In this document: one piece after another, positions 45,373 to 56,693 of the stretch | How the letters are laid out: each line of letters opens with the position of its first letter | Numbering within the stretch: position 1 is the first letter of the stretch | Assembly (NCBI GenBank): GCA_964406105.1 | Contig: CAYOQK010000022.1 | Coordinates: 14,053-78,052, forward strand | Source: an uncultured bacterium | GTDB taxonomy: Bacteria > Hydrothermota > Hydrothermia > WGAB01 | Length of the DNA: 64,000 bases | Direction of reading: 5' to 3' | Notes under the pieces: model-generated | Databases searched by the model: none | Told to the model about the DNA's origin: nothing | What the model saw: the letters and a program-made list of their open reading frames with translations, nothing else | Position numbers and translations under genes: made by a program

Positions 45373-46099
45373 ACTCGTAAGGCAATCCAAAGGTCTGCTG
45401 CAGGTATTCACCCACTGCGCGTACCCCCAACCGCTCGGTGGTGTAATGGCCATAAAAGGCCACATTCACCCCGTATTCCGCAGCCATCCAGTAGCTGGCG
45501 TGGTCTGTTTCTCCGGTAATCAGAAGGTCTGCACCCTGTTCTGCCACTTGAGGCAACAGGCTAACGGCCTTGCCAGAGATGACGGCCACGGTGCGGACCT
45601 CGGCGGGCCCGAAGTCCCAGAGCACAGGAGACTTTTGGAAATACGCGTTGAGCTCCTCCAGCACCTCCGTTAAGGGACGGGGAACGCCAAAGTCCACCCA
45701 TCGGCCGATCTTTACCCCATGGTACTCGCCAAACTCGCCGGCATCGGGCCAGCCAAGATCCCGAACCAACACGGCGTTGTTGCCCAATTCGGGATGAAGG
45801 TCCAGGGGAAGATGGGCTGCGTATAGGGCCACGTTGCCCTGAATCAGCTGCCGAATCCGTTTGTAAAGGGGCCCGGTGATGGGGAGCACTTTGCCCCAGA
45901 AGAGCCCATGATGAACCACCAAGAACTGCAGTTTCCGGCGGATGGCTTCGGCCACTGCCCGTTCAGAGATGTCCACGGCCACCCCCACCCGTTGTACCTC
46001 TCCCTGGTTGTCCACCTGGAGCCCGTTCAGGGAGAGGTCTGGGATCTCGTGCACCTTGAGTACTTCATCCAGATGTTGAGCCAGTTCCCGAGCCGTCAT
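45347..46099 (-). CDS. Nif3-family dinuclear metal centre protein (YqfO/YbgI-like)
   Basis: 250 aa with NLLITHH...-like metal-ligand segments ([27 protein letters not shown]). Confidence 0.8.
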   Translation of the reverse strand: MTARELAQHLDEVLKVHEIPDLSLNGLQVDNQGEVQRVGVAVDISERAVAEAIRRKLQFLVVHHGLFWGKVLPITGPLYKRIRQLIQGNVALYAAHLPLDLHPELGNNAVLVRDLGWPDAGEFGEYHGVKIGRWVDFGVPRPLTEVLEELNAYFQKSPVLWDFGPAEVRTVAVISGKAVSLLPQVAEQGADLLITGETDHASYWMAAEYGVNVAFYGHYTTERLGVRAVGEYLQQTFGLPYEFIDLPTGL

Positions 46100-47111
46100 G
46101 GAACAGTTCCTCCGGTTTGGTGAGTTTCAGGTGTTGATACGCCAAGGGCAAAGCCACACGCCCCCGCGGTGTTCGCTGGATAAAGCCCTCCCGGATCAGG
46201 AAGGGCTCATACACCTCCTCCAGGGTTTCGGGGTCTTCTCCTACGGCCATGGCCAGGGTTTTGATGCCCACCGGCCCTCCCTTGTAGGTTTCAATGAGTC
46301 GGAGAAGAATGCGTTTGTCCATCTCATCCAGGCCCCGTTCGTCCACCTCCAAACGGTCCAGGGCATATCGGGCGATCTCTTGGGTAATGGTGCCATCCCC
46401 TTTAACCTCGGCGAAATCACGCACTCGGCGGAGCAAACGATTGGCAATGCGAGGGGTTCCGCGAGACCGTCGGGCGATTTCCCGAAGTCCCTCCTCGGTG
46501 TAGGCCACCCCCAGCAACCCTGCGCTCCGCTTCAGGATCAGCAGGATTTCCTCAGCGGAGTAGTAGTCCAGGCGGAAGGTGATGCCAAACCGGGCCATCA
46601 GGGGCGGGGTGATCATGCCCGCTCGGGTGGTGGCCCCGACAAGGGTGAAGGGGGGCAAATGGATCTTCACCGACTGGGCGCCAGGGCCCCGGTCAAGGAG
46701 TACGTCAATCCGGTACTCCTCCATGGCGGCGTAGAGGTATTCCTCCACAGGCCGAGGGATCCGGTGGATTTCATCAATGAACAGGATATCTCGGGGTTCC
46801 AAAGAGGTCAGCAGGCCCGCCAGGTCTGCAGGCCGTTCCAGTACTGGGCCTGAAGTGGCCTTAAGGTTTACCCCGAGTTCCCGAGCGATGATATGGGCCA
46901 AGGTGGTTTTTCCCAGGCCGGGCGGCCCGTGCAGCAGCACGTGATCCAGTGCCTCACCTCGCCGTCGGGTGGCCTCCACGAACACCTGTAGGTTCTCCTT
47001 CACACGGGTTTGGCCAATGAACTCCTGGAACGTGCGGGGCCGTAAGGTCCGCTCAATCTCCCGTTCTTCGGCCCCCAGGGCTTCGGGGGTGGTCCATCGG
47101 ACATCGCTCAT
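46065..47111 (-). CDS. ruvB: Holliday junction branch-migration helicase RuvB
   Basis: 348 aa with N-terminal [12 protein letters not shown], Walker [10 protein letters not shown], Walker B LFIDEIHR, and a winged-helix C-terminus. Confidence 0.92.
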   Translation of the reverse strand: MSDVRWTTPEALGAEEREIERTLRPRTFQEFIGQTRVKENLQVFVEATRRRGEALDHVLLHGPPGLGKTTLAHIIARELGVNLKATSGPVLERPADLAGLLTSLEPRDILFIDEIHRIPRPVEEYLYAAMEEYRIDVLLDRGPGAQSVKIHLPPFTLVGATTRAGMITPPLMARFGITFRLDYYSAEEILLILKRSAGLLGVAYTEEGLREIARRSRGTPRIANRLLRRVRDFAEVKGDGTITQEIARYALDRLEVDERGLDEMDKRILLRLIETYKGGPVGIKTLAMAVGEDPETLEEVYEPFLIREGFIQRTPRGRVALPLAYQHLKLTKPEELFHDGSGTGSTSG

Positions 47112-48538
47112 CGTGGAGTACCTCCGTGCAGCGGGTGCTGCTGTGTTTGAGTATGGGGCATTTCACCCGGATTCCCAACTCCCGGTGGTCTTAGGCGGAG
47201 GAGGCGGGGCAGGCCTGTGGTTTTCCCCTGGGATACCCACACCCGGCTGGGCGGCTCTTTGGGGGCCACAAGCACCCAGGCCTTGATGCGGCCGGCCGAC
47301 CTTGCATCGCCCCCAGGCCACTGCAGCGCCTGCAAGGGGGTTCGGGGTTCCCCAAGGGTCCAGAGAAACCGCCACTGGCCAGTGGAGTCTGTCAACAGAA
47401 CCCAACCGTTAAAGGGCAGGGTTCCCTTGGAACCTTGATTCCACACCCGACAGAGCATTCCCCGCCAGTACAGAGCCACCCCGGTGGAGCGTCGGATCCA
47501 ATGGAACTCCCCGGCCCATCGCCCCTGGGCCAGAGAATCGGGGCCCAGTTCCGAGGCGTCCAGAACGGCCTGCACCCGCAGGGACAGTGGAACCGTAGGG
47601 GCCAGGGGTTCTTCTACAACGGCCGTCAGGGCCTGGGTCACCGCTGGCATGTGGGGTAACCAGAACATGGCGTCTTCCACGCCGGCGTCCTGCAGGGCCT
47701 CCAGTTGCCGGGTCAGGTACTGTCCAAGGTCCACGGTGTCTGGCAGCCGCATGGGGAACGCTTGGAGCCAAGGGCGAATCCGATCCGAGGGGATCCCCTG
47801 GGCCAGGAGCGCCAAACTGCTTTGATAAACGGCTTGGTAGGGGTCCCTCAGGGCGCCCCAGTAGTGGCTCGGGTACATCATGGGGCACAGCACATCCACC
47901 AATTCCAAGAAGTCTTGGGGATGCTGGCCGATGACGTCGCTCTGATGCGGCAACAGGAAACACACACGGCCAAAGAGGTCGGCAGAGGTTTGGATGGAGT
48001 CGGGGATCCCACGAAGCAAGCGTTGAACGAAGGACACCAAGGTTCGGCGACGCCATTGGAGTTGTTCAGGGGTTTTGGGGTTCCGGGTATCGGGCCAGCG
48101 GATGTAGTCCAGTTGGATTTCGTCCACGGGCAGTTGGGCAACGGCTTGGAGCACAGACCGATTGTAGGCCAAGGCCACCGAGCTCTGGGGCGTGAACCAA
48201 TGCACATAGGGGGATTCCACGTGCTGGTACAGTAGGGAGTCGCGCAGCACTGCCACTCGGGCGATCACGCGGAGCCCCAACCGGTGCAGGGTTTCCACTG
48301 CTTCCCTTAGGTCCCAGGTGGAGTCGTAGGCGCCGGTAAGGGGAGCCAGGGGATGGTCAAAGGGAACGCCCACACGGCCCTCCAGGGTTTTGAGGTCCAG
48401 CACCACCCCTTGGATTTCCGGGGGAAGGGACTGGGCCCAGGAAGCCAAGCGGTGGCCCCGAAGCAGGGCCACCGCCCGGTCAAAGGGGAGGTGAAGGCTG
48501 TAAGTCAGGAGAAGGGTTAGCAGGAACGCAGAGGGCAT
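47108..48538 (-). CDS. Secreted hypothetical protein, putative TIM-barrel glycoside-hydrolase-like (DUF4015/GHL-type)
   Basis: 476 aa with an N-terminal signal-like segment ([18 protein letters not shown]). GVVLDLK...LDYIRWPD segments resemble the DUF4015 putative glycosyl hydrolase family. Confidence 0.45.
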   Translation of the reverse strand: MPSAFLLTLLLTYSLHLPFDRAVALLRGHRLASWAQSLPPEIQGVVLDLKTLEGRVGVPFDHPLAPLTGAYDSTWDLREAVETLHRLGLRVIARVAVLRDSLLYQHVESPYVHWFTPQSSVALAYNRSVLQAVAQLPVDEIQLDYIRWPDTRNPKTPEQLQWRRRTLVSFVQRLLRGIPDSIQTSADLFGRVCFLLPHQSDVIGQHPQDFLELVDVLCPMMYPSHYWGALRDPYQAVYQSSLALLAQGIPSDRIRPWLQAFPMRLPDTVDLGQYLTRQLEALQDAGVEDAMFWLPHMPAVTQALTAVVEEPLAPTVPLSLRVQAVLDASELGPDSLAQGRWAGEFHWIRRSTGVALYWRGMLCRVWNQGSKGTLPFNGWVLLTDSTGQWRFLWTLGEPRTPLQALQWPGGDARSAGRIKAWVLVAPKEPPSRVWVSQGKTTGLPRLLRLRPPGVGNPGEMPHTQTQQHPLHGGTPR

Positions 48539-48539
48539 A

Positions 48540-48575
48540 AAAGGGGCCGGGGCCGGCTTCGCCGGCCCCGGCCGG
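48540..48575 (-). terminator. Rho-independent terminator downstream of the EF-G paralog (minus strand)
   Basis: A 13-bp GC stem (GGCCGGGGCCGGC-ttc-GCCGGCCCCGGCC) at 48545-48573. On the minus strand it is followed by CUUUUAU (complement of 48535-48542). Confidence 0.55.
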
Positions 48576-48581
48576 AACCGC

Positions 48582-50612
48582 TTACTCTTCCTCCGCCTGT
48601 TCTTTTCTCAGTTGTTCAATGACCCGCTGGGCGATCTCGCGAGGCACCTCGTCGTAATGGGAAAACTTCAAGGTGAAGGTGCCGCGGCCCTTGGTAATAG
48701 ACCGCAGGGTGGTGGCGTACTTGTAAAGCTCCGCCAAGGGCACGTGTGCCCGGATCTTTTGGTACCGTCCCTCGGCTTCCATGCCCAGGATTCGGCCGCG
48801 TCGGGCGTTGATGTCGCCGATGATGTCGCCCATGTACTCCTCGGGTACAATGACCTCCAGTTCGTAGATGGGTTCCAACAGGTAGGGATCCGCCTTTTCC
48901 TCAGCATCCCGGAAGGCCATGGATCCTGCAATCTCAAAGGCCAGGTTGGAGGAATCCACTGGGTGGTACTTGCCGTCGTACAGGGTTACCTTGACGTCCA
49001 CCACAGGCACACCGGCCAGCACCCCCTTTTCCATGGCCTTCTTGATGCCCAGTTCTACGGACGGCCGGAAGTTCTGTGGAATAGCACCTCCGAAGATGGC
49101 ATCCACGAACTCGTAGCCCTGGCCCCGGGGCAGTGGCTCAATCTTGATGTAGCAGATCCCGTACTGACCCCGGCCACCGGTTTGTTTGACGTATTTGCCC
49201 ATGCCTTGGGCTGGTTTCCGGATGGACTCCCGGTAGGGGATTCGGGGTTTCTCGGTGAGGATTTCCACCCCGAACTTCTCCTTGAGCTTGGCGACGATCA
49301 CATCCAGATGCAACTCGCCCAGGCCGGAAATCAAGGTTTGTTTGAGTTCGGGGTCATAGCCGAAGGTAAAACTCGGGTCCTCGTTGTGGAGGCGGTTCAG
49401 GCCGGCCATGACCTTCTCTTCGTCCTCGCGGGTTTTGGGCACGATGGCGATGGAGATCTTGGGTTCAGGAAAATCAATGCCCTCAAAGGCGCCCTTGAGG
49501 TCTTTATCCCGCAGGGTATCGCCGGTGTGGGTGTCCTTGAGTTTCACCAGTACACCCATCATCCCTGCTTCCAGGGCGTTTACCTCTTTCCGGTCGCGGC
49601 CGGTCATGAGATACACCTGGTTGATCTTCTCGGGCCGTTCTGTGCGGGCGTTGATCAGTTCGTCCCCGGACTTCACCGCCCCGGAGAACACGCGCACAAA
49701 GTACAGTTCTCCCACATGGGGTTCGGAGAAGGTCTTGAAGACCAGGGCTGTGGCCTTGTCCAACTCGGGGGTAACCTCGGTGGCCTCGCCCTCCGGGGTG
49801 AGGAGTTTTTCCGGAGGACGGTCCATGGGGGAGGCTGCGAATTCCACCAGGAAGTCCAGGAGTTCCTGCACGCCTAAATCGGCGGCAGCGTCTCCGAAGA
49901 GGATGGGGTACAACTCCCCCTGCAGGATTCCTTGGCGAAGGGTTTTGCGGATGGCTTCGGCGTCAATCTCCTCGCCTTCCAAGTAGCGATCCAGCAGCTC
50001 CTCAGACAGTTCAATGATGCTTTCCAGGGTGCTTTCTCGCCAGGCCTGGGCGGTGTCCGGATCGTCCACACCGGAAAGGTCGCCGGCCAGAAGGTCCACC
50101 ACGCCGGAGAAGGCGCTCCCCTTGCCCAGGGGAAACTGCACGGGCACGGCCTTGTTCCCGAAGACGCTTTGGATCTCTTGGACCACCTGTACGGGATCGG
50201 TTTCTTCCATCTTGCACTTGTTCACGAAGAAGAAGCGGGGCAGATGGCGTTTCTCGGCGAGTTTCCAGTAGTTCTCCGTGCCCACCTCCACGCCTTCCTG
50301 GACGTTCACCACGAACAGGGCGTTGTCGGCCACCCGCAGGGCGGAGTGCACTTCGGCCTCAAAGTCAAAGTAGCCCGGCGTATCCAGGAGGTTGACCCAG
50401 GTGTTCTTGTGGGTGAAGTGGGCGAGCGCCAGGTTGATGGTGATCTTGCGCTTGACCTCCTCGGGATCGGAGTCCAGGATGGAGGTGCCCTGGTCCACGG
50501 ATCCCTTGCGCTTGGTCACCCCGGTGGCAAACAGCATTGCCTCAGCCAGGGTGGTTTTCCCGGAACTGCCGTGTCCCACGATCGCGATGTTTCTGATCTT
50601 CTCGGCCTTCAA
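48582..50612 (-). CDS. Elongation factor G paralog (EF-G-like translational GTPase)
   Basis: 676 aa with G1 AIVGHGSSGKTT, G3 DTPG, G4 NKCK and EF-G domains II-V. The N-terminal region is divergent from canonical FusA, which suggests an EF-G2-type paralog. Confidence 0.85.
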   Translation of the reverse strand: MKAEKIRNIAIVGHGSSGKTTLAEAMLFATGVTKRKGSVDQGTSILDSDPEEVKRKITINLALAHFTHKNTWVNLLDTPGYFDFEAEVHSALRVADNALFVVNVQEGVEVGTENYWKLAEKRHLPRFFFVNKCKMEETDPVQVVQEIQSVFGNKAVPVQFPLGKGSAFSGVVDLLAGDLSGVDDPDTAQAWRESTLESIIELSEELLDRYLEGEEIDAEAIRKTLRQGILQGELYPILFGDAAADLGVQELLDFLVEFAASPMDRPPEKLLTPEGEATEVTPELDKATALVFKTFSEPHVGELYFVRVFSGAVKSGDELINARTERPEKINQVYLMTGRDRKEVNALEAGMMGVLVKLKDTHTGDTLRDKDLKGAFEGIDFPEPKISIAIVPKTREDEEKVMAGLNRLHNEDPSFTFGYDPELKQTLISGLGELHLDVIVAKLKEKFGVEILTEKPRIPYRESIRKPAQGMGKYVKQTGGRGQYGICYIKIEPLPRGQGYEFVDAIFGGAIPQNFRPSVELGIKKAMEKGVLAGVPVVDVKVTLYDGKYHPVDSSNLAFEIAGSMAFRDAEEKADPYLLEPIYELEVIVPEEYMGDIIGDINARRGRILGMEAEGRYQKIRAHVPLAELYKYATTLRSITKGRGTFTLKFSHYDEVPREIAQRVIEQLRKEQAEEE

Positions 50613-50998
50613 GACTCACTTCCTCCTTTCTTCTTCCGGCGGGCGGTTTGCCAGAGTTTATAGAGGGCCGTGCCCCCGAGGGTGATCCACAGGGGCTTCC
50701 CCCGGGTGGACGTGGTGGGAATCCATTCCACCACATGCCGCAACGCCTCCAGGCCACCCCGTAGCCCTTTCAGGCTGGTGTGGAGATCGTCCAGCAGGGC
50801 GTTGCTTTTCTGGGTGGCCTCTTTTAAATTTCGCGAAATCTCAGGTAAATCCCGTTCCAGGTCTTGCAAAATCCTGCGAATTTCTTGTAGCGTTTGCCGG
50901 AGATCCTGAATCAAAACCAGCAGCGCAAAAGCACCGGCCAGGATCACAAGAATAAAAACGGAAAGAGCAACAGCCGCAAGGACTTCCATGGTCGGCAA
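50609..50998 (-). CDS. DUF948-like small membrane-anchored coiled-coil protein
   Basis: 129 aa with one N-terminal TM helix followed by a coiled-coil-like region (LQEIRRILQDLERDLPEISRNLKEATQKSNALLDDL). It overlaps fusA-like by 4 nt. Confidence 0.5.
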   Translation of the reverse strand: MPTMEVLAAVALSVFILVILAGAFALLVLIQDLRQTLQEIRRILQDLERDLPEISRNLKEATQKSNALLDDLHTSLKGLRGGLEALRHVVEWIPTTSTRGKPLWITLGGTALYKLWQTARRKKKGGSES

Positions 50999-51001
50999 AT
51001 G

Positions 51002-52771
51002 TTAAACTTGGGCCCCAGGGGTGTCAACAGGCAACGTGGGCAAATAGGGCAGCAGGTCGGCTGCGGTCTCGCGTAGATAATCGTAGATCAATTTCCGGAT
51101 CTCCGCACTGGTCCGAGCCTGCAACACCTGCCGCTTCAGGGCTTGGAGTTCTTCCATGGAGAGGTGACGGATGATCTCCTTGGATTGGAGAAGCGCTGCT
51201 GGGGCCACCGACAGTTCGTCCACCCCCAAGGCCACCAGCAGCGGGATGCCCAAGGGGTCCGAGGCCATTTCCCCACACACGGACACCAGCAGGTTTCGTT
51301 TCCGGGCTTGATGCACGGTCCATTCCAGGAGCCGCACCACCGCGGGATGGAAAGGATCGTACAGGTAAGACACCCGCGGGTTCCGCCGGTCCACGGCGAG
51401 CACGTACTGGGTAAGGTCGTTGGTGCCAATGCTGATGAAGTCCACCAACCCCTCCAAGAGGTCCACGGTCAGGGCGATGGAGGGCACCTCCACCATCACC
51501 CCCACCGAGGGCATCTGGACCTCTGGGCCCATTTCCTGGACCACCTGTTGGAACAAGGCCAGGAACTCTTCCACCTCTTCCACGGTGGACACCATGGGGA
51601 GCATCACCTTGAGGTTTCCCTTTTCGTTGGCCCGGAGGATCGCCCGCAATTGGCGAATCAGGGTGTTCTGCTCCTTGAGCAGGGCCCGGATTCCCCGAAG
51701 CCCCAAGAAGGGGTTTCTCTCCGGCCGCCCCAGGATCTTGTCGCCCCCGATATCAAAGATCCGGATGGTGGCGGTGTGGGGATACACCTTGCTGGAGAGT
51801 TCTCGGTAGATTCGCTCCTGGGAGGCCTCATCGGTATGGCCAGAGAAGAAGAGCACCTCGGTGCGGAACAGGCCCACTCCCCGCCGTTCAAACCGGTCAA
51901 TGATCTCCATCTCTTCGGGGAAATCCAGGTTCATCTTCAGGGAGAGTTCCCGGCCATCCCGGGTTACGGCGGCTTGGCCCACCAGTTTCTTGAGGCCGTT
52001 GTGGAAAGCCTGGAGTTGGGCCTGACGTTCCCGGTACCGGTCTAAGGTGGACTTTCGGGGGTTCACCACGGCCAGCCCGCGGTTGCCGTCCACGATGGTC
52101 ACGGTGCCGTTTTTCACCCCCTCAAAGGACGAAACCCCGAACACTCCGGGGATGCCGAAGTCTCGGAGCAGGATGGCGGTATGGGAGGTGGCCCCACCGG
52201 ACTGCAACACCACACCAGCGATGTCCCGTTTTACCAGGGTCAAGGTGTCCTTGACTGAGAGGTCTACGGCAAACACCACTTCCCCTGCTTGCACCTCCTC
52301 CACGGCCTCGTGGGCCAGGGGTTGCATCTTGTAAACCAGTTCTCGGGCCATTTGTTGGATTTCCAACGAGCGGTCTTGGAAGTAGTGGTGGTCGCCTTCG
52401 GCCAGGGAGCGGGCCAGGTCGCGCGCCACTTGGAGCACGGCGTACTCGGCGGTATACCGGTCCCGTTGCACCATACGCTCCACGTTTTCAATGAACCGGG
52501 GATCCTGAAGGATCATGATCTGGGCTTCCACCAATTGGGCCAGTTTTTGGGGAAGCCCGCGCTTGGACGCCTCAAACTCGGCGATGAGCTCTGCACGGGC
52601 CCGGTGGAAGTTCTCTATCTCGCGGTCCACCTGGGTGCGGGGCACCTTGCGACCGGTGACCTCCACCTCCTGGCGGAGGAGCACCCGAGCCGGACCGATC
52701 CCGATCCCTGGGGCTGCCGGGATTCCCGTGAGAAACCGTTCGCCGTTTTTCACCTGGTTATTCCTCGCCAA
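51002..52771 (-). CDS. ptsI: Phosphoenolpyruvate--protein phosphotransferase (PTS enzyme I)
   Basis: 589 aa with an N-terminal GIPAAPGIGIG, a phospho-His domain (GGATSHTAILLR) and a PEP-utilising TIM-barrel C-terminus. Confidence 0.9.
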   Translation of the reverse strand: MARNNQVKNGERFLTGIPAAPGIGIGPARVLLRQEVEVTGRKVPRTQVDREIENFHRARAELIAEFEASKRGLPQKLAQLVEAQIMILQDPRFIENVERMVQRDRYTAEYAVLQVARDLARSLAEGDHHYFQDRSLEIQQMARELVYKMQPLAHEAVEEVQAGEVVFAVDLSVKDTLTLVKRDIAGVVLQSGGATSHTAILLRDFGIPGVFGVSSFEGVKNGTVTIVDGNRGLAVVNPRKSTLDRYRERQAQLQAFHNGLKKLVGQAAVTRDGRELSLKMNLDFPEEMEIIDRFERRGVGLFRTEVLFFSGHTDEASQERIYRELSSKVYPHTATIRIFDIGGDKILGRPERNPFLGLRGIRALLKEQNTLIRQLRAILRANEKGNLKVMLPMVSTVEEVEEFLALFQQVVQEMGPEVQMPSVGVMVEVPSIALTVDLLEGLVDFISIGTNDLTQYVLAVDRRNPRVSYLYDPFHPAVVRLLEWTVHQARKRNLLVSVCGEMASDPLGIPLLVALGVDELSVAPAALLQSKEIIRHLSMEELQALKRQVLQARTSAEIRKLIYDYLRETAADLLPYLPTLPVDTPGAQV

Positions 52772-53024
52772 ATCCCTCCTCCACCAATCGGGCCAGGCTC
52801 TCCACGGCCTCTTCCTCGTCCGGCCCCTCGGCGCGGATCACGAGCTCCGTGCCCTTTGGGGCCACCAGCATCATGAGCCCCAAGATGCTTTTGCCGTTCA
52901 CCTCAGCCCCATCCTTCTCCACGGTGATCTCAGACTGGAACTGGCCGGCGAGTTTGGCAAAGGCCATGGCCGGCCGTGCGTGGAGCCCTAAGGTGTTGAC
53001 GATCCTCACCCGTTTCTCCTTCAT
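52758..53024 (-). CDS. ptsH: Phosphocarrier protein HPr
   Basis: 88 aa with NTLGLHARPA (active-site His15) and a regulatory Ser region (GKSILGLM). Confidence 0.85.
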   Translation of the reverse strand: MKEKRVRIVNTLGLHARPAMAFAKLAGQFQSEITVEKDGAEVNGKSILGLMMLVAPKGTELVIRAEGPDEEEAVESLARLVEEGFGEE

Positions 53025-53027
53025 GGG

Positions 53028-53309
53028 CTACACGAAGAACAGACTGTAGTCCAGGAGCTGCAGGCCCCGCTCCCGCTCTACAAAGCTGACCACCTTGGAG
53101 AGCAACCGGTTGGCGCCCCGGGTATCCGAGGCGGCCACGGCCACCAGGATCCGCGACCGTTGCCACAGGTTTTGGCCATCCACCTCGGCCACCGACACAT
53201 TAAACCGGCTTCGCACCTTGTCCTTCAACCCCTTGAGGATCACCCGCTTTTCCTTCAGCGAGGTGCACTCAGGGATATAGAGATCCAGTTCCAGGATCCC
53301 CACCGGCAT
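53028..53309 (-). CDS. DUF503 protein (YlxP-like, conserved infB-operon protein)
   Basis: 93 aa with LELDLYIPECTSLKEKRVILKGLKDKVRSRFNVSVAEV, typical of DUF503. Confidence 0.7.
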   Translation of the reverse strand: MPVGILELDLYIPECTSLKEKRVILKGLKDKVRSRFNVSVAEVDGQNLWQRSRILVAVAASDTRGANRLLSKVVSFVERERGLQLLDYSLFFV

Positions 53310-53328
53310 GGGAACACCCTCCGGTTTC

Positions 53329-55461
53329 TCAGGCCTTTTTCACCTCTACCAGGCGGTACGCCTCTAAGATGTCGCCGGGCCGATAATCCTCAAAGCCCTG
53401 CACCTTGATGCCGCATTCGTAGCCCTGGGCCACCTCTTTGACGTCTTCCTTGAAGCGTTTGAGCGAGGCCACCCGGCCCTCATGGATCACCTCGCCGTTC
53501 CGGCGTACCCGGATATTGGCGTCCCGCCGGATCACGCCCCGGAGCACGTAGCATCCGGCCACATGGCCCACCTTGGGCACCTTAAACACGGCCCGCACCT
53601 CGGCCTCGCCCAACACCTCTTCCTGAACCTCCGGCTTGAGCAGGCTCTTTAGGATGAGTTCCACGTCCTCCAAGAGGTCGTAGATCAGGCGGTAACTCTT
53701 GATGGTTACGCCCTCACGTTTGGCGGCCTCGCGGGCTTTGCTGTCAATGTTCACGTTAAAGGCCAGGATCAAGGCATTGGAGGCTGCGGCCAGCATGACA
53801 TCGCTCTCGGTGACGTTGCCAATGCCGGAGTGCACCAGGGTCACCTTGATGTCTTCCACCATCATGCGGCCGAGGGCATCGCCCACCGCCTCCACCGAAC
53901 CCTGACAATCCGCCTTCACGATCACGGGCAACTCGGTGATCTCGCCTTTTTGGAGCATTTCTTGGATCCGGCGGGTCAGGCTGGCCTGCTCGCCTCGGGC
54001 AATCTGCTCCTTGATGAGGGCAGCCTTTTCCTCGGCGATTTCCCGGGCCACCCGCTCGGACTCCACCACCTGCAGGATGTCTCCGGCCTTGGGCAAGGCG
54101 TCAAACCCTTGAACCAGTCCAGGGTCTGAGGGTTTCAGTTCCTTGAGCCGTTGGTTGTACTCGTCATAGATGGCCCGCACCTTTCCCCAGGCGGTGCCCG
54201 CCACGAAGGCGTCCCCCACCCGCAGGGTCCCCCGTTGCACGATCACCGAGGCCACCGGGCCTCGGCCCTTCTCCAGTTTGCTTTCCAAAACCACGGCTCG
54301 GGCCGGCCCTTCTGAGGTGCTGCGGAGTTCCAGCTCCTCAGCCTTCAGCAGAATGGCCTCTAAGAGGTCCGGTACCCCCTGGCCGGTTTTGGCCGAAACC
54401 TCCACAAAGATGGTTTGGCCTCCCCACTCCTCAGGGATGAGGCCGTGCTCGCTTAGCTCCCGTTTGACCCGCTCGGGATCGGCATCGGGCAGATCCATCT
54501 TGTTGATGGCCACAATGATGGGCACCCCCGCAGCCTTGGCGTGGTTGATGGCCTCCACGGTTTGGGGTTTAACCCCCTCGTTGGCGGCCACCACCAGAAC
54601 CACGATGTCGGTCACCTGGGCGCCGCGGGCTCGCAGGGCGGTAAACGCCTCGTGGCCCGGCGTATCAATGAAGGTGATCTGGTGGCCTTCGTAAAACACA
54701 CGCGAGGCCCCAATGTGCTGGGTGATCGCTCCGAACTCGCGGGCCGCCACGTTGGTGCGACGGATATAGTCCAGCAGGGTGGTTTTGCCGTGGTCCACGT
54801 GGCCCATCACGGTGACCACTGGGGGCCGAGGCTCCGTGAACTCCTCCTCTCCGGTTTCCGTGACCTGTTCCTCCTCGGGCAGCTCCCGCACCACCTCAAA
54901 ACCAAAGCTGTCGGCGATGAGTTCAATGCTGTCCAGGTCCAGCACCTGGTTGATGGTGGCCATGATGCCGAGTTCAAAGCCCCGCTTCACCACGTCAATG
55001 GGCTCCAGCCCCATCATCTGGGCCAATTCGGACACAGAGATGGGGGCGGGGATGTGCAGGGTGCGGGAGGGAGCGGTGGGTTCCACCGCGGGCCCGGGCC
55101 GGGCGGGCCGGCGTTCCCGTCGCCGCTGCGGCGGCCGCTTACTGCGGCGCTCCGAGGGCTTTTGCAGGGTCTTCCGGATACGGTCCTGCACCCGCTCGGA
55201 GGTGGGCCGCCGTGATGCTGCAGGCCGCTGTTGCCCCGGTTTCCTCTGGCCCCAAATCTCCTTTTTGCGTTCCAGCCGCTGTTTTGACCTTTTCTTCTGC
55301 TCTTCCAGCACGTTCTCCACGGCCTTGGCCATCTCCTCGGTGACGGTGGACGAACTCCCCCGCACCTGGTACCCCAACTCCCGCAGGAGGTCCAGGATGG
55401 CCTTGGTGGAGAGTTTGTGCTTCTTGGCTAAATCCTGTACCCGCATGTTTCCTTCACTCAC
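53329..55461 (-). CDS. infB: Translation initiation factor IF-2
   Basis: 710 aa with a basic, Pro-rich N-terminal linker, a G domain ([18 protein letters not shown]) and C-terminal IF2 domains. The start is either the GTG at 55461 or the ATG at 55446 (MRVQDLAK). Confidence 0.92.
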   Translation of the reverse strand: MSEGNMRVQDLAKKHKLSTKAILDLLRELGYQVRGSSSTVTEEMAKAVENVLEEQKKRSKQRLERKKEIWGQRKPGQQRPAASRRPTSERVQDRIRKTLQKPSERRSKRPPQRRRERRPARPGPAVEPTAPSRTLHIPAPISVSELAQMMGLEPIDVVKRGFELGIMATINQVLDLDSIELIADSFGFEVVRELPEEEQVTETGEEEFTEPRPPVVTVMGHVDHGKTTLLDYIRRTNVAAREFGAITQHIGASRVFYEGHQITFIDTPGHEAFTALRARGAQVTDIVVLVVAANEGVKPQTVEAINHAKAAGVPIIVAINKMDLPDADPERVKRELSEHGLIPEEWGGQTIFVEVSAKTGQGVPDLLEAILLKAEELELRSTSEGPARAVVLESKLEKGRGPVASVIVQRGTLRVGDAFVAGTAWGKVRAIYDEYNQRLKELKPSDPGLVQGFDALPKAGDILQVVESERVAREIAEEKAALIKEQIARGEQASLTRRIQEMLQKGEITELPVIVKADCQGSVEAVGDALGRMMVEDIKVTLVHSGIGNVTESDVMLAAASNALILAFNVNIDSKAREAAKREGVTIKSYRLIYDLLEDVELILKSLLKPEVQEEVLGEAEVRAVFKVPKVGHVAGCYVLRGVIRRDANIRVRRNGEVIHEGRVASLKRFKEDVKEVAQGYECGIKVQGFEDYRPGDILEAYRLVEVKKA

Positions 55462-56693
55462 GCGCTCCCCCTCTTCTTCTCAAGGCCCTCTTCAATCTGA
55501 TGCAGGATCCTGAGTACGGTTTTCTCATCCAGGTCGGTGGTCTCAATCAGATCCGCCAGCAGGGGCACCTCGGTGAACTGGAACCAGCCGGCCTTGCGGA
55601 GTTTTTCCTTCACCTCCTCGGGCAGGTCCAGTTCCATGACCGTGAGCACATCCGAGGGTGGCTCGTACTCGCTGGCGGGAATCACCTGGATCTCCTTCCC
55701 CACGATGCGGGACGCCAGGATCACGTTCAACCCTTCCTTGCCTTTGGTTTCGGCGATCTCTTCGTCCCGCACCACAGCGAAAATCTGGTCGTCCTTCTCA
55801 AAGATCATCAAAGGTACCGCCGGCGACAACGCCGAGGCGGCCAGCCGGATGGTGTCTGGGTACCATTTGATGACGTCTATCTTCTCGTTGCCCAGTTCTC
55901 GGGTGACCGGGCCGATCCGTTGTCCTCGGGGCCCGATGCAGGCGCCCACAGGGTCCACCCGGGGATCCTTGCTCCGCACAGCCACCTTGGCCCGTTTGCC
56001 CGGTACTCGCGCCACGGCCCGGATCTCCACGGTACCGTCGGCCACCTCCGGGATCTCGTGTTCCATGAGCCGCCTCAGGAAATCCGGATGGGTCCGCGAC
56101 AGGAACACCAGGGGCTTCCGCCGGGTTTCCTTGTCCACCCGCAGGATCAGGGCATACACGTCACGATTGGTGCGGTATCGCTCCCCTGGAATCTGCTCCT
56201 CGGGGGGGATGATGCCCTCGGCACCCCCACCCACGTTGAGGTACACGCCGGTTTTGTCCACCCGCCACACCCGGGCCTTGATGAGTTCCCCGATGCGATT
56301 TTGAAAGTCCTTGTAAATACGGAGTTTTTCCGCTTCACGGATCCGCTGGGTGAAGTTGTTGCGGATGCGTGACACGATCCCCCGGCCCAACTGATCAAAG
56401 GGCAAGGGAATCATGATCTTCTCACCGGGTTCAATGTCCGGAAACTGTTGCCGGGCCTCCTCCAAGGAGATCTGGCGGTCCGGATCGGTCACGCGTTCCA
56501 CCACCTCTTTTTCCACCAGGATCTGGATATCGCCCCGTTGCCCGTCAATCTTCACTTCCAAGGGGAAATCGGGGCCATACTTCTTTTTCAGCACCGATGA
56601 GATCGCATCCTTCAGGGCAGTGATCACAAAATCGCGATCCAGTTTCTTCACCCGAGAAAGGTATGCGATGGTTTCAACGATTTCTTGGTTCAT
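55458..56693 (-). CDS. nusA: Transcription termination/antitermination factor NusA
   Basis: MNQEIVETIAYLSRVKKLDRDFVITALKDAI is the canonical NusA N-terminus, and S1 and KH domains are present. The start is set at the ATG at 56693; the ORF track extends to an upstream in-frame codon at 56864 that would overlap rimP. Confidence 0.9.
   Translation of the reverse strand: MNQEIVETIAYLSRVKKLDRDFVITALKDAISSVLKKKYGPDFPLEVKIDGQRGDIQILVEKEVVERVTDPDRQISLEEARQQFPDIEPGEKIMIPLPFDQLGRGIVSRIRNNFTQRIREAEKLRIYKDFQNRIGELIKARVWRVDKTGVYLNVGGGAEGIIPPEEQIPGERYRTNRDVYALILRVDKETRRKPLVFLSRTHPDFLRRLMEHEIPEVADGTVEIRAVARVPGKRAKVAVRSKDPRVDPVGACIGPRGQRIGPVTRELGNEKIDVIKWYPDTIRLAASALSPAVPLMIFEKDDQIFAVVRDEEIAETKGKEGLNVILASRIVGKEIQVIPASEYEPPSDVLTVMELDLPEEVKEKLRKAGWFQFTEVPLLADLIETTDLDEKTVLRILHQIEEGLEKKRGSA

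Noticed and set aside
48612-49877. 421-aa plus-strand ORF, plus the ORFs at 49932-50663 and 51143-52045 (antisense to the EF-G paralog and ptsI)
   Set aside because: Antisense to genes with unambiguous GTPase and PTS-EI motifs. Typical GC-rich shadow ORFs.
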